Below are positions 39,301-54,049 of a stretch of DNA of 64,000 nucleotides, one piece after another (within the stretch, counting starts at the first letter, position 1; the number at the start of each line of letters is the position of its first letter). This stretch comes from Geosiphon pyriformis uo1. Lineage: Eukaryota; Fungi; Glomeromycota. A model generated the notes under the pieces. It did no database searches and was not told where the DNA came from. It worked only from the letters and a program-made list of their open reading frames with translations. Both the position numbers and the translations under genes were made by a program. Location: positions 42,178 through 106,177 of the forward strand of contig JAAOMT010000507.1 of assembly GCA_016748015.1 (NCBI GenBank), read 5' to 3'.

Positions 39301-39879
39301 AATTCAAAGTTCTGTTTTGATTCAGACGCAAAAGTCTAATTGGTGTCGCCCTAAAGGATTTAAAGGGAATGAACAAATGAATAATCAATCTTTAAAATAA
39401 ATTTCCCGCATTTTTCACAAAATCATTATCGACGACGATAAAATGATCTATATCCGGTTGCTTTGTAATACTCCTTTTACTATGACGGTCTTCTTATCCG
39501 TATGCATATGACATAGTAATTCTTTTGCAGAGATACTTTGCCTTAGAATTAGTCCAGTATCATTGATTTGATAAAGAGAAATATTGTTTTTGGTCAAGAA
39601 ATTTTGTCAATTGAATCTGGCACCACGAAAAGGGGAAGTAGTCTCGATAAATGAATTTTCTGTTCAAATGAAACAAAATCGATTCAATCTGAAAAATATG
39701 GTAAATTTTTAGTATATACTTAGCCTTATTCTCTTCTAATGGAAAAAATTGGTTAAACAAAACAGTTCATCCTTCTGTCTGAATTATTGGCTTCAAGTAA
39801 TTTGTCCAAAAATAAATCAATGAATATATAATCTTTAGTTTCTTTTATTAGCAATACATATATTTTATTGATTTTGAAA

Positions 39880-42140
39880 AAAAAATTATTTTAATTATGT
39901 AGTAAATTTCAAAGAAATAATATACATAAAGCACATATTTTAAAATCAGCTGATTAAAATTTGTTTAAATTTTAATCATGTTAAAATAAAAAAAACCAAC
40001 AAAATTAAAAATATTGAAAATTGAAAATATTAATTGATGTTGATTATATATACTTATTAATAAATTATTATTATTATTATTTATGTTATATTAATTACCT
40101 AGTTTATTTTTGAAATTAATTACTAACTTGATTAATAATTTAATTATTGATTTTTTATTAAATATATAAATATAATCTTTTAAAGCTACAAAAAGTCATT
40201 ATATTTTAAAAATAAAAAATAAATATACAAATATATATAAATAATTGTGTTTATATAAATTGAAATTGTTATCTTATAATAAATAAGCTTTATATTAATT
40301 GTAATTAATTGTGTTTATTTTATTGAATTATGTTTATAATAAATAAACATTATGTTAAATACGACTTCATTAAAATATTATTTTTAATTAAATTAAAATT
40401 ATAACAGTTATATTATTTTTGTTAACAATTATAAATCTATTTTTTGTGTTTTTAAATTTTTTTGTTATGTTAAAATTTATATTTAAAATTAATTTTATTA
40501 ATTAGATAATTTACATTTTTATTTTTTATTTTAACTTTTGTTATTTATTAACTTTAACTTATAGCATAAAAACAATTTTTTTTAAAATTGTTAAAAATTA
40601 TTATTAATTATTTTACAATTATATTATAATAAAATATTGCGAAATTTTTAAGATAAATTTACAATTTCACTTTTGGTTTTTTTATATTTGTAAAATTTTT
40701 ATATTTTTGAGTTAAAAAACCAATTATTAAATACTTTATTTGTAAAAAATAATAAATAAACCATAAAAATTGTTAGATTTTTTTAATTATTAAAATTAAC
40801 AAATTGCTGTAATAATAATAAAAATCAATTTTATGTTAATATATAAAACTTAATAAAATAATTAAAATTTTAAAATTGCAATTATAACAAATTAATACAA
40901 TAATAAAAATTGCAAATTATAAATAATTAAAAAAAATACTTTTAAGATTTTTTTAACTATATAACTTTTTTTAACATTTTTTTATTTCTTAATTTTATAA
41001 ATCTTATGTTTACAATTAAACCATTTTTTGTTAATATAATTATAAATAAATATAAATTTAAAGTAATTTTTATTTCTTTTAAAAGCATTTTCTAACTGTA
41101 AGTTTTTAATATTGTTATAATTATTAAGTCTTTTAACAATACAAATTACTGTTTTTTTGATTTTAAAAAAACAATACTTATTTTTTTATAATATTTTTTT
41201 TATAATGTTTTTTCTTATTACTACTTAAATAATTAAAAAAAACAAAACAACAAAAAAATAATTTCTTTATTTTTAAAACCTATTTTTTAAAAAAATAGTG
41301 AATTGGTTTTTTTAGTTTTTAATGCTTTTACCAGTTTTATAGTATCAATATAATTATGTACTTAATTTTGTTTTAGTTATAAACAATAATAATAATAATA
41401 TAATTATGAATTTGGTTTATATAATAAATTTTTATTTATAACTAATTTTAAAAAAACACAAATTATATATATATTTATAAAAATTGAGCTAATAAAATAA
41501 AATTTAAAAGTTTTTACTTTAAACATATTATTAATATTTTTATTTGAATATTTAATATTATATTAAAATTAAAATAATTTATATTTAGACTGTGTTTATA
41601 TTTTTATTAATAAATTTATGTTAAACTGACTTGTTTTTGTTATTTTATACTAAATACAGTAAAGTTAAACATGTATTTACTAAATATAATTTATATAAAA
41701 AACTTTTTAATATTATTAAAAAATATGTAAATATAATTGATAAATAATAATAATAATTAATATATATATATACAAAAAACAGATTTTTATTGTCTATTAT
41801 ATTATTTTTAATAATAAAACTTAAACTTAAATTGTAAATAGTGTTTTTATTAATTTTTTATTTGTTTTTTTTTTAAATATTAGTTTATTAATAAATAATA
41901 AATTTTTTTAATTTATTTTTGAATTTAAAATTTAATATGTTAATATGTAATTTAAAGTTTCTTTTTTTTCTATTTTTTTTAATGAAATTTTTTATTTTTA
42001 AGTTCTATTGTATTTAGCTTTATAATTATAAAATTAAATGGTTTAAAAAAGCTTTTAAAATCTTTTAATATTGTTTTTTATGACTAAATAGTTTAAATTT
42101 TAATAATAATTTTTTAGATTTTTTTTTAATAACTATCTTT
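39880..42140. repeat. Ultra-AT decayed repeat block (may include the ORF1 region of the adjacent LINE)
   Basis: Extreme AT content; its left part (40126-40195) resembles 7067-7220. Confidence 0.55.
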
Positions 42141-42149
42141 TTAATATTA

Positions 42150-45100
42150 CATATAGTAATATTTTAAATAAAACTAAACAATTTTGCAAAGCAAAAAATA
42201 TTTTAAATTACTATAAAAATATAAATAATTTGATATTTATTATTATTAAGACTAAATTAAAAAATTATATTAAGTTTTAGATTGGAAATAAGTTTAATAA
42301 TATAAAAATATTTACTTTTGATTTGAATTTTGATTATTTAAATTTTGATATTACAATTATAATAAATAATAGTTTAATCTAATATATGTATAAAATTTCT
42401 AGAATTGTAATTTATTTCTTGTTAATTAAATTGCTGTTTAAAAATAAGCTTTTTGTTTTAATTTTAAAATTTTATACTAATATTTTTGTAAAAATACATA
42501 TAATTCAAACTGATAATATTAAATTTTTAATAGCTAAAACTGTAAATAAGAATTTTTTATAGTTTAATTAGTAATTTCAATAAAAAAAGCTTTAAAAAAT
42601 GTGCTAACTTTAAGAAATATTTGGATATTGGCATGATTAACTCTTTAATAAACAATTTAACAATTAAAACTACAACTTAAAAAAATTTAAAGAAAATAAA
42701 AAAGACTATTAATTATATTTTTGCTTCTGTAAATTTTGTTAATATTATAATTAATTATAAGATATTAAGTATAAAATTTTTTTTAATATTAATTACCAAG
42801 CTGTTTTATTTTAGTAAATTTAGATGGTTTTTTAAACATATAATTGATCATTTTATAAAGATAGATAAGCAAAACTGGTAAAAATACAATTAATAAAATA
42901 CAAATATTGTTAAATAAATTCATTTTAAAAATCTTTTTTTATTAATGGCAGTTAATTTAGATAAAAATTTTAATGATTTTAGAAAAAACATAAATTTAGA
43001 TATAATCTGAAATTTTATTTGTAATATAGTGTATTAATTAGCTAATAAATTATTTGTAAAGATTTGGTCTTATAATTTCGATAATATTATGATCAAAAAA
43101 TTATCTAAATTATTTAAGTTAAAACTTATGATTTTAAAATCATTTACATTAATAAATTTGTAATTGTATTTTAAAAATATTAAGATTATAATTATTTAGA
43201 ATTTAGTGAATATAAAATATAAAATTATAAATATTAGATTTGTTTTATTTCAAGCAAAAAGATCTTATTATGTATTTAAGTTTTATAAATTTAAATTGTT
43301 ATAAAATCAAAAATTTGGTCATTTAATTTTAAGCATATAAATAGTTTTGTTGAACACAATATTCGATTTGTAACTTTATCAATATTCTTTTTTGGCATAT
43401 ATTAATAATAATATTTTTTTTAATATAAAAAAAAATTAGATATAATAAATTGCTTGGGGTAATTAAAGATATACCAAATAAAAAGACCGCTAATTTGTTT
43501 AGAATTACAAATAAACTTTGAAAATATTGTAATAAGTTTGTTTTAAAACTATTTTTAAATTTATTAAATTTGTGTTTATTGTGTAAATTAGTTTTTATGT
43601 TTTAGAAAAAAGTCTGAACGTTTATAATCCTAATAAATACTAGACCTATTGTTTTAATTGAAACTACTAGAAAAATTTTTTTTCTAACAAAATATCTTTT
43701 GTTTATAAAAAATTTAATATGCTTTGTAGTAATAATTTTTTGGTTTTAAAAGATACATTTATTTAATTTTCTATCTTTACAGTAAGCATAATAATTAATA
43801 CTATCTTAAAAAAGAATAAAAAACTGTGGTTAGTTTTTTGAAACATGTATAAAACTTCTGATTCTGTAAAATCTTATTATTTAAGATATAGTTTAATTAA
43901 AATTAAAATGTATAAAAATTTATTAGATTCTTTAATAGCAAGTATAATAATAAAGTCGATTAAATAATAACATATTTTGGTTTAATTAATAATTATATTA
44001 TGTATAATAGTCTTAATTAAAATAAAATTTTCTCTTTACTGCTTTGAAAAATATTTTATAATCTTATTTTGTATAAGATAAAAAAGCATAAAAGTTTATT
44101 ACTAAATCTGACAGAATTAAGATTAAAACTGGTCTGGCTTTTTATTTAACTATTAGTATTTTTATTAATAACGTAATTTAAATCAAAAATAATCAAACTA
44201 CAAATCAATGTATTTTAAATATAGTAAGCAAATTTTATAAAATCAATAACACTTTAATTAATAATAATAAAACTGTAGTTATTTTTATTAACTAAAAAAT
44301 CAAAAATATTTCTTTATTAATTAATAATTTGCCAATTTTTATTGCAAAAAAAAAGAAAGTTATACAGATATTTGGGCATTTTTTTTATAAAAAGCTTATT
44401 TAAGTTTAGTTTAACTAAAATATATTTGAATATTAAATTTTTTGTAAAAAAAAGTTATCATAAATAAACAGTTTTTTTATTTGATTTTAATAATTTTATA
44501 TTTTATTATAAGCTATAAAACTTAATTTAGGTTTGTATTAAAAAGTATATATAATAAATAGAATGTTATAATTATAAAAAAACTAAAAATTAAGACTAAT
44601 TTATCAAAAATTTATCTATTATTGTATAACTTAAAGTCTTTTAACTAAATTTAAACTGAATACAAAATGGTTACTATTATGGTAAATTTGGTAATATTTT
44701 TAGTATATTTTTTAATTATTGTGTTTTGAATTTGCAAATCTTGATTTAGATGCTATACAGTTTACTTATGTTTTTTATTAGACTGTTAATTGCTTTTATT
44801 AATAATTTTCTGGTTAATATAAAATTTTTCTGGGTTGTAATATATTTTTTTCTAATAATTTCATAAATGTTTTTTATTTTGTGAATAAAGCTTCTATTTT
44901 AGATATATTGGGCTATTTAACCTATTTTAAAATAATTTATTTTCTTGAAAAATTCAACATAGCTTTTGCAAATCAGCTTTTAAGTAGATATAATTACTGC
45001 TTTAATTAAAAAAAAAATTATTATTGGAAGAGACTTAATCTAAAAAAATTCGTTTCTTCATATTTTAATACTATGGTGAATTTTATTGAGATAAGTAGCC

Positions 45101-45720
45101 TAGTTAGCAAAAAATTGTTTTTGTTATTTTATAAGAATTTGTTTAAATTATAGCATTTTAATATAATCTAAAATAGTTTAAAAGACATTTCTTTAGATAA
45201 AATATTTGTTTAAACAAATGATTTCATTAAAAATTTTGGCTTATTAGATATCGTTAAAGAAGTAACTACATATTTTCTGATTTAAACATCAATATTAGTG
45301 TAAGTATTTATAGTTTATATTATCAAATTTGGCTGAATTACAAGCTATTGTTTTATTATTTAAATGTGTGCTGGTTTTTAGTATGGTGGTTGTTTATTTG
45401 AATCATCAAATAATTCTAAATACTTGTAAAATAAATTAAGTTTGGTTTGTTTTAATCTTTATAATTGAAGTTGAATTAAAAAAAGACACATTTACAATAT
45501 TATTTATAATAAAAATTAAGTATAAGATAAGTCAAAATTAAGAATTATTTAGGTAATATAAGAAATAATTGTGTTAACTTATTTGCTAATAATGGTATAA
45601 ATTTGAATTTCATGTTGTTAATCAATGTTAAGAAAAAATTTTTTATGGTTGATGACAATAAAATTTTTATTCAACTTTTTAAAAAGGCAATCAGAAAATT
45701 CATTTAAATTCAATCTTTGT
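42150..45720 (+). mobile_element. Hypermutated LINE ORF2 relic: APE endonuclease, reverse transcriptase, RNase H
   Basis: Manual translation: IKTKLK (=TETKL), LLFKNKL, SNFN (=GDFN, ~42570), TT*KN..KKTINYIF (=PTW..TIDYIF), NINYQAV (=DTDHxAV); NTRPIVLIETTRK (~43637), LWLVF*NMYKTSDSV (=LQDMxKAYDSV), SLN*NKIFSLLL*KIF (=GLDQGxxxSPLLW), FINN at 44161-44172 (=FVDD); V*TND (=YTDG) and LAELQAI (~45330). Confidence 0.85.
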
Positions 45721-47240
45721 TAATTATATTTTTATTTTATTGGTTTTATTCCTTGTTTTTAAATAAATACTTAAAGAGCTAAATTTGAAAAACTAGCATG
45801 TATCTCTTTAATAAGAGGAATTACGTATAACCCTAAAACATTCGATTACATGTGAATGATCGTGATGGAGTTTACCAAACATGAAAATATTTATTGTCAA
45901 ATATTTATTCTACTCTGTTAGTCTCACAAATTTTAAATAGCATTTGGTATTGCATATAAATTTTTTAAAAGCGCAATGTAATATTTGATACTTTCTAAAA
46001 TTCTTAAAAACCATAAAAAGATTAAATAAAATTTTCTTTATAAAGTTTTTTTGCCATTTTTTAGAAAAATAATGTTATTTTATGTGAGTCAAAGATTTAA
46101 TTGTGTTTTCAAGAAATTAATATTACAATTAGATAAATAAATGATAATTTATTCAAAATCATATTTAATTTCTACCAATAAAAACTACTAATATTATAAA
46201 GTTTCAAATTATATTAAAATAACAGCATAATTTAATTTAATAGTTTATAATAACTAATTTCATATATTGGTTATTTTTAATATTAAAAACTAGATGATAA
46301 AAATACGATAAACATTGTTTAAAAAATAACTTTTATGTGTCGGCCTTTTGAAATTTGGAAACGCGATAAATTTTGATTATGGTGTTGCTTCTAATCGCTT
46401 CGCCCAAGAATTAAGCCTGATTATCTCTGTTCAAAATTGATTCGACTTAGTTTAATTGATTTTTATTAAGATTATTTATGTTTCAAAAATAATTCATGAA
46501 ATTAGGATGAAGCCAGTCAAAAAATGAATCATTGCTAAACATTTTTTAGAAAAATTATTCAATCGATTGGAAAGCCTATAAAAGTGCAATTTTATGATTT
46601 TTTTCCCAGTGTTAAGTTTTTATAAAATTTATAGAATCGGTGGCTTATTTTTTTAAAAATATCATGTGAAAAACCGAATTCAAAAAAAAGCCAAATAAAT
46701 AAAACACGGTTTTTTTGTACTGAATTAAAAATATATAGTTTTTATTTAAATGAAAACTAAAATCTTCTTCTCAATTTATTGTTGTAAACCCATTAGCTTT
46801 GTATCATAATAGTATCTAATTATAAGATGCTCAAATTTTGATGAGATTAATATGTATATATTTAAATAAGTTCTTTAAAAGTGAAATTTCTTGAGTGAAA
46901 ACTTTTGATTAGATTTTCTCTGCTTTCTAAAATTTTCAAAAACTAAATATTAATTTTAATAATAAAAATAAAATATATATATTACAAATTGTGTCTTCTA
47001 CTTTTTTTAAAGATATTTAACTGTTAATTAAGCTTTTTTACAAACTTTGTAACTACAAATAACAAAGTATTTTGGACAACTAAATAATTTTTTATGTTTG
47101 AAAAACAATTCACTACTTAAAACTGAAAAAAATTTATAAAAAAGGCATAAATAAGTTCTTTCATAAAATAATGTCTATTTCTGTAACCAATTTATAACCC
47201 TATTGATATTGAAACCGTACTTGTGACCTTAATCCACATC

Positions 47241-47372
47241 CTAATCCTGATCTTCAAATGGATTGAAACACTGATTCTGAGGTGCAGGGATCGGTAGAGC
47301 CGAGATATGTGTGAGAAGAATTGTTACCACCAAAAGAATAATGAATGCATGGGTGAATCGTAGGTGCAACAT
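47241..47372 (-). CDS. Small secreted peptide ORF (43 aa) or truncated secreted-protein pseudogene
   Basis: MLHLRFTHAFIILLVVTILLTHISA|LPIPAPQNQCFNPFEDQD*; signal-peptide pattern with a small-x-small cleavage site, CAAAATG start context and a TATA-like element ~140 bp upstream; not in the ORF track. Confidence 0.5.
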   Translation of the reverse strand: MLHLRFTHAFIILLVVTILLTHISALPIPAPQNQCFNPFEDQD

Positions 47373-48654
47373 TTTGAAAAAATTAAAATTGATAGGAAAA
47401 TCAAAAAAGTTATTTACTGGAAACTTTAATGTTTTTAAAGAAAATTTTGTTAATTTAATTGATTGATTTCAAAGGTGCTTTTTTTTTTGGGTGGGCCTTC
47501 AACCTTCTTTTTATAAAAGATTTTACTGGTTTATTTAGCTTGAAAAAGATTTAATAAATTTATGCGTTTCACTTTTAAAAATAAAAATTTCAAAACTTGT
47601 TTAGTTTTCACAACATTACCAAATTAAAATTTATTAATACATGATTATTATTAAAATTAAGTAGATAGGATCAAGAATATTTAGCCTCTTACCTTTTTAA
47701 GGATCTCAATTGAAATATTTTTCATTCGGGAGGGGGTAGAAGAAACAAGAGGAATATTGTATTTTTTGAAATCTATCAATAATTATTCATTTTAAAGATT
47801 TTAAATTTATGAATTAACTTGATTCTGGTAGCATATATGCGTTATAATTTTAATCTTTCCCTGATTGTAATATTCAGAATTGAAATACGATAACCGTCAA
47901 GATCGAAAAAAGTTGTTAGCTCTCTTATTTCAGATTGCTTAAATGAAAATATAAAAAAGAAATTAGTTATATTTCAGTTTTTAATTTTTCGTTAGGTACT
48001 AGATTAAGAATAGAATAGAGTGATTTTCCATTTCTGAAAACAAAATCAAGCATTATAAAAATTTACGTTTGTTTGTATGCTAAATCAAAAAGATATCATA
48101 TCACTTCTTCACACTTTGCTTAAAAAGATAAACTTAGGCAAACAAACAAAGAATCTAACGTTTTTTGTTTAGCATATCTGCTCTCTTTCAAAGGTTAATA
48201 AATGAACTGCCTAATTCAATTTTCGAGCCTTGTCAACATTTTCCTTTATTAAATGTAGTGACGTTGAGAAAATTAATTAACTTTACTTGACTATTAAAAA
48301 ACAATTAGTTCACCTGGTTGAATTATTTCAGTTGGATGAATTCCACAGTAGAAGAAAATAAAAAAAAACAATCAATAACAAAGTTGATTGGAACCTATTT
48401 TTTTTTTAAGTAGTGATTTATTCGTGTAATATCAAAATTTAGTAGCTGTTAAGTGATACGATTCATATTTGATAGCTTGATAAGAGTGGTTTTATGAAAC
48501 TAAATGCCATATTGAACCATACTATAAATATGCTTTTTAATTTATTTGAAGCCAAATCTCTGATGACATGATCCATGTGTTTTCATCACTATTTAATAAA
48601 TATTTTGAATTATTTAATTGGAAATAAAATGTGAATTAATGATTTTTATCTGAT

Positions 48655-48699
48655 AACAACAACAACAACAATGATAATAATAATAATAATAATAATAAT

Positions 48700-48781
<82 letters not shown>
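48655..48781. repeat. (AAC)n/(AAT)n microsatellite
   Basis: Directly visible; source of the poly-Y/poly-C ORF. Confidence 0.95.
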
Positions 48782-48783
<2 letters not shown>

Positions 48784-48819
48784 GTGATGTGATGTGAGTT
48801 TTTAGAATTTCATATTTTA

Positions 48820-49415
48820 TCAAGTAAATTAGCCTTAAGAAAAAATATCAATGTTAAAAATTTTATTATGAATATAGCTTCCCATAAATCCAATTTGAAA
48901 AAATTAGTATTTGAGCCATGTATTTGGATATTCATATTACTATCATAATTCGAGGCAAAGGTATTGGCCGATTCAGCATCAGAAAAAGAAAATCTTGGTT
49001 GTAAAATTGGGAAACCTTGATTGTTTGTGAATTGTAGAAGGCTGGTTTCAAATAAGTCTTATACAAAGTGTGGTGTTATCAATAAGGCTTTTCAAATTTG
49101 GTTGATCATCGATTATTTGAGAAAATCTCTTCATCCTCACTATTTTTCGTTTTGGCTCCCAAACATCCGACGACGACGGAGGTTTATTTGAGAATAAACT
49201 TTCACTATCAATTAGAATGAAACCATTGGACAAATTTTTGTTTGGAGATGTTGGTTTATCTAATAAAATGCTACCTCCATTTTCAAATAAAACAAAATTC
49301 CACCAATGTCATTTCCAAAATTTTGAACTGGTTTGGCCTGAACCATTGACTAGAAATTATACAATATAAGCAATGAGAGCTGAAATAAATAGGGTTTCAA
49401 AAATAAATTCGTCAT
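48820..49415 (-). pseudogene. Possible disrupted secreted/membrane protein gene
   Basis: ATG at 49415 gives MTNLFLKPYLFQLSLLILYNF*SMVQA|KPVQN (signal-like, stop at 49350-49352); downstream coding-like fragments (49048-49233) lie in shifted frames. Confidence 0.3.
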
Positions 49416-51989
49416 TTAAATTTTTTTGAAATTAAAGTCAATTGTGAATAAGACAAGAAAGATGAACAGAATATTTCGAAGGTTGATAATCAAAAATTTC
49501 GAACTCGTCGTTGCTTCAAAGATCAATAAATATTTAAAGATCTATGCATAGAAGTCAAATCATGATAATATTTGTATTAAAATTGTTTGTCTTTGCACAA
49601 TTAAACGGTGGAAATAAATTACTCAACGACTATTGAGTTTATAACTAATGTAGGTAACTTCTGAATGAAAAAAAGCTTATCGCAATTCATCTTATCCGTA
49701 AAAGGTTTGTTGGGAAAAATTCTCAACATTATATTAGGAGTTGATTGATAAAATTTTATTCCTTATCTTAAAAATTGAATGGAAATTTTATTTATGTTAA
49801 TGAATCTTTTATCACTGTTTGAATTAATGTTGTTACTCGATACCACCTTTTTAATCAATAAATAAATGAAATAGAAATAAATATAAATATTATAAATTCG
49901 AAAAGTTTTGAATGAATTAAATAAACCATTTTAATTTTAAAAAATTGATTTTATTATCAAAAAAATTAGTTTCCAATAAATTCTCCAAATAATAATTTTT
50001 ATTTTAAAAAATAATTTAAATGTTATAAATATTGTTTTGAGAATATAAATATATTTAAATAATATTTATAGCCTAGAGTTGCTTTAAATATTGTTCAATT
50101 ATCCAAGATTCATGTGAAAAATGATATTATTTTGAGTTTTACGTTTCTCTCAAATTTTGAAAAACTTTTTGCGAGTAAAAAAAAGTAAAAGAAAAAAACT
50201 TGATTATATAAACTTTATTTGCTGATCAGCAGTATTTAATATACTGATTAACTTTTTCAATCTCCAAAGGTACCCAGGTAAGATTGATCTTCACTTATTG
50301 ATGATCTATATTTTTGAGGTTAATACATATGTACTTCTTTCGAACAACCAATTCATCAGCTGATTGAAAAAGTTAAAGAGCTAAATTCCGTCATTTATCA
50401 ATCATTAAATTCGATCAAAAGATCATAAATTTATTTTCAATCTTGGCATTGATTCATCATAAAACTCAGAAACAAACTGCGAATTTAACCCAGAAATCTG
50501 AAAGCTTATTGTGGTGAAACAAACTCTTACTAAATGATATACACCACTCAAACTTTTCCTTTTTTCTTTTCAAAGATTCAATTTCTTGAGATTCATGAAA
50601 CTTTTAGAATCTTAGAAAAAGATAATTTGGTCCTTAACAATAAATCAAAGCAAATGATTAAAGCCGATTAAAACTTTAAACATAAGCTTTATTCACTATT
50701 GACTTGTATTGATGATTATTAACTAAAATATACAAAAAATGAGATTTATTAATGTTGTGGATAATAAATATTTTTTTTTAAAAAATACAAAAAATTCATT
50801 CTTATTGATAAAGTTGTAAAAATTGAAAAATATCATAAATAATAGTTATATTTAAAATTATATATAATTAATAATTTGCTTAATAAAACATTTTTTTTGT
50901 TCATGTTTTAAGTGTGATTTTTAAAAATTGATAATTAATTATAATCAATTAAAATAATTGCAATAATTATAGAAAGTTACAAAACTTTGTAAAAAAATCA
51001 AAGAATAATAATATGACTAAAATTTTATTAAATAACATATAATATTAATTAATTAAAAGAATGATTAATTGAAAAAATAATTAATATTTGTTTAGACATT
51101 GCTTAAGAGGAGGTATATTTTGCTGCACACATTTAATTTGATTGAAATGGTAGAATTTCTTGATTTTAAAAAACATATTATATGCAATATAAAAGCTCTT
51201 TTTTTAAAAAATATTTGTTGTTTACACTTTTGGATCCCAATGATTTGGGAATATGGGATTTGCAAGACATGTTAACAATCAATTAAGAGTATGCCAAGTC
51301 ACTTTAATGGATAATCAAATTATTAGATTCCCAGTCGATGGTCGGAATGTGATTCTTGATCCATTTTATTAACGTTTATACTCGTGGTTTAATAATTTCT
51401 TGTTTACATGTTTTTAAGATTCGATCATATGGTGTGCTTCCAAAACCTTGCACATATTCTCGTCAGATAAATTCAATTTTAAAGGCAGTATAGGATTAAG
51501 AAATAAACTTAATGAATTGGGGGCTATTAGTAGAGCAAGCAACTCATCCAATAACAATATAAAAAAAAATATTTCCTTTTTTACACTTCTACAATTTGTT
51601 TATTAATTTTCTCTTTTGTACAATTTTCTTTGTGTGGTTCTATCATAATTCTTTTTTTTTAATACTCATTGCCCAAGAAATAAAATGTCAAACGCCTTTG
51701 TTCAAAGTTCAACCGTTAAAAAATAAGTCTTATAACTTTTTCCAGTATTTATATTTCAACTCGAGTTTTCCCAAAAATCTGTTTCTAATTCGGATAACTA
51801 ACAAAGAAATAAATTTAATCTTAATGCTATTAAACTTGGTAAATGCACACCAGACAATCATGAAACTCAGATAGCACAACAATGTGCACCAACACATCAT
51901 CGTTCATTGTAGTCATGTAAGTTATTGTATCACACTATTATTATTTGAACTCAAAATGTGCCTATAGAGGATTAAACCTTACATATTCT

Positions 51990-52500
51990 TGGGAAACCAA
52001 CAAATTGATGATCTTATTTTTGAAAAAGGTAAACTGGCTGTCTTTAACTCAAAGCATAAGAACACAGAGTCCAGGACTCAAAAAAACAGTCTCATACATA
52101 CGACGACGACGACGACGAATAAGAAGAAAGATTGTGTGACTGCAGAGTGAAATCCACAGAAAGGCGATCGTTTTTTCACTCGCAAATTTGATGAAATTAT
52201 TATCCCCGCCATTTTATAAAAATTCATAAGGCGAGAAAAATTACACGGAAGACTATTAGGAAAATGCGCTGCTAGGCATATTACCATTTTCCTTCAACAT
52301 CTTAATACTAATGTGCAGGAGTTAGGAGTGTGTGTTGTCATCCAAATGAGGCATATACAATAAAGACTTGTAGGTGATATGGTAACATAAAGAGCATCGG
52401 AAGAATCGCGGTACTGTAGTTGACAGAGATGAAAATGGCACTTGGGGATTTTCTTCCGAAATTGCTTTGATGGAGTTTTAATTATCATACAGGAAATAGT
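51990..52500 (+). mobile_element. Decayed TnpB/Fanzor-like RuvC nuclease gene, copy A
   Basis: Across frameshifts: RRRIRRKIV*LQSEIHRK (52140 on), FFTRKFDEIIIP, TRKTIRKMRC*AYYHF, QELGVCVVIQ-NEAYTIKTC, VDRDENG (52422-52439), GIFFR..DG. Confidence 0.75.
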
Positions 52501-54049
52501 AATGTTACTTAGCAATCCCTACCCCTATCTACTATTGATGATGAGTATTTCAAATTTGGTATCAAAAAAGTTTAAACAATTTAACATTCTGTCTTTGTGA
52601 TGCTGAGCGACTATAAGTGCATCATTGTATATTTTCTAATGTTGATAAAATTACACTTTTGTATTTTTAAATAATCAAAGTTCTTGATTATGGAGAAAAA
52701 GTAAACAATTGAACTCCAAAAATCTCTTATTTTTATTAAAGCGCACTTACAAAGCAGAAAAATATTTTGAAATTAGTTTTCAGTCAATTAATAATTATAA
52801 AAGTAGTTTCAACTTTTAAAAGAAAATTACAAGAAATTCGAAATTATTATTAAAGCAGAATTTAAAACAAATTGTTTTTAAAAAACGGACAATTTTTTTA
52901 ATCACAAGTTTTTTATTTTTATCGAAAAATGACAAGCAAATAAAAAAGTTTTTAAAAGAACAAAAGGTTATATTTATCATTTTGTCGTCCTATTTTGGTA
53001 AAATGATCTAATATTTAATAATTGTTTGTGTAATTTTTAAGATATGTAATTTCAATCAAACCTGAACAGGAAATATTAATAATAAATGCCACACCCAAAT
53101 TTAGATTGGAGTCTTGACCAAACTTAATGTTGATCGGCAACAGAAAATATTTTCTATTGTCATTAAATATCCCGATTTCGTAGCCTGCATAGATAGATTG
53201 TTGATCACTTTTCTGTGTAAACTTCTTTAAATTCCCATACCATAAAATTAGAAAACATGTCTTTTGGAAATATATTCAATGAAATTATGATTAATATTTA
53301 TAGAAAGCTATAAATTAAAAAAAATTACGATTAATTATTTATAATTAAAATTTTTTAAAAAAAGATAAGAAAATATTTTAATTAATTTTTCAATTTATAT
53401 ATTTCTTATTTTTTAATAAATTTGTTTATTAAAAATATTTGAAGTTATACTTTATATTTTAATTAAATTATTTTTTGTTTTTTTTAAAACATTATTATTA
53501 AGATAATATCTTTATTTATTTTTTTATAAAAATCATATGTTTAATAATTTAATAAATTTTGTTTCATAAAATTTAACAAATAATATTATTTACAATAAAT
53601 TTTTTACAATTAAAATGAATTACAATAATGTAGTAAAACAATTTATTATTTAATTGAATATACATCAACTTGGAAAAATTATTAAATTTAATTTAATTTA
53701 ATTTAATTTATAATGTGAATATTTTGTTTATATTTAATACATATGTAAAAAAAATTTTAAATAAAGTTTTGAATAAAGCAAAAAAAAATTTAATTAAAAT
53801 ATGTTTTTTTTAACACTTTTTTATTAATAATTAATAAGTGGGCATTAAATAATTTAAAATATTTCTAATAAATCAAATAAAAAATTGAATTTAATAAATT
53901 TAAAATATTGTAATTTATGGCTTCTTGTAAATTCTTTTAGGATTAAGCTATTTTGCAGCTTAATAATGTATATTGATAAAATGCTAGTAATGTTTATCAG
54001 GTTCAAAATTATGAAAATAAATACACCACCTTTTTCTCTTTCTTGAACT

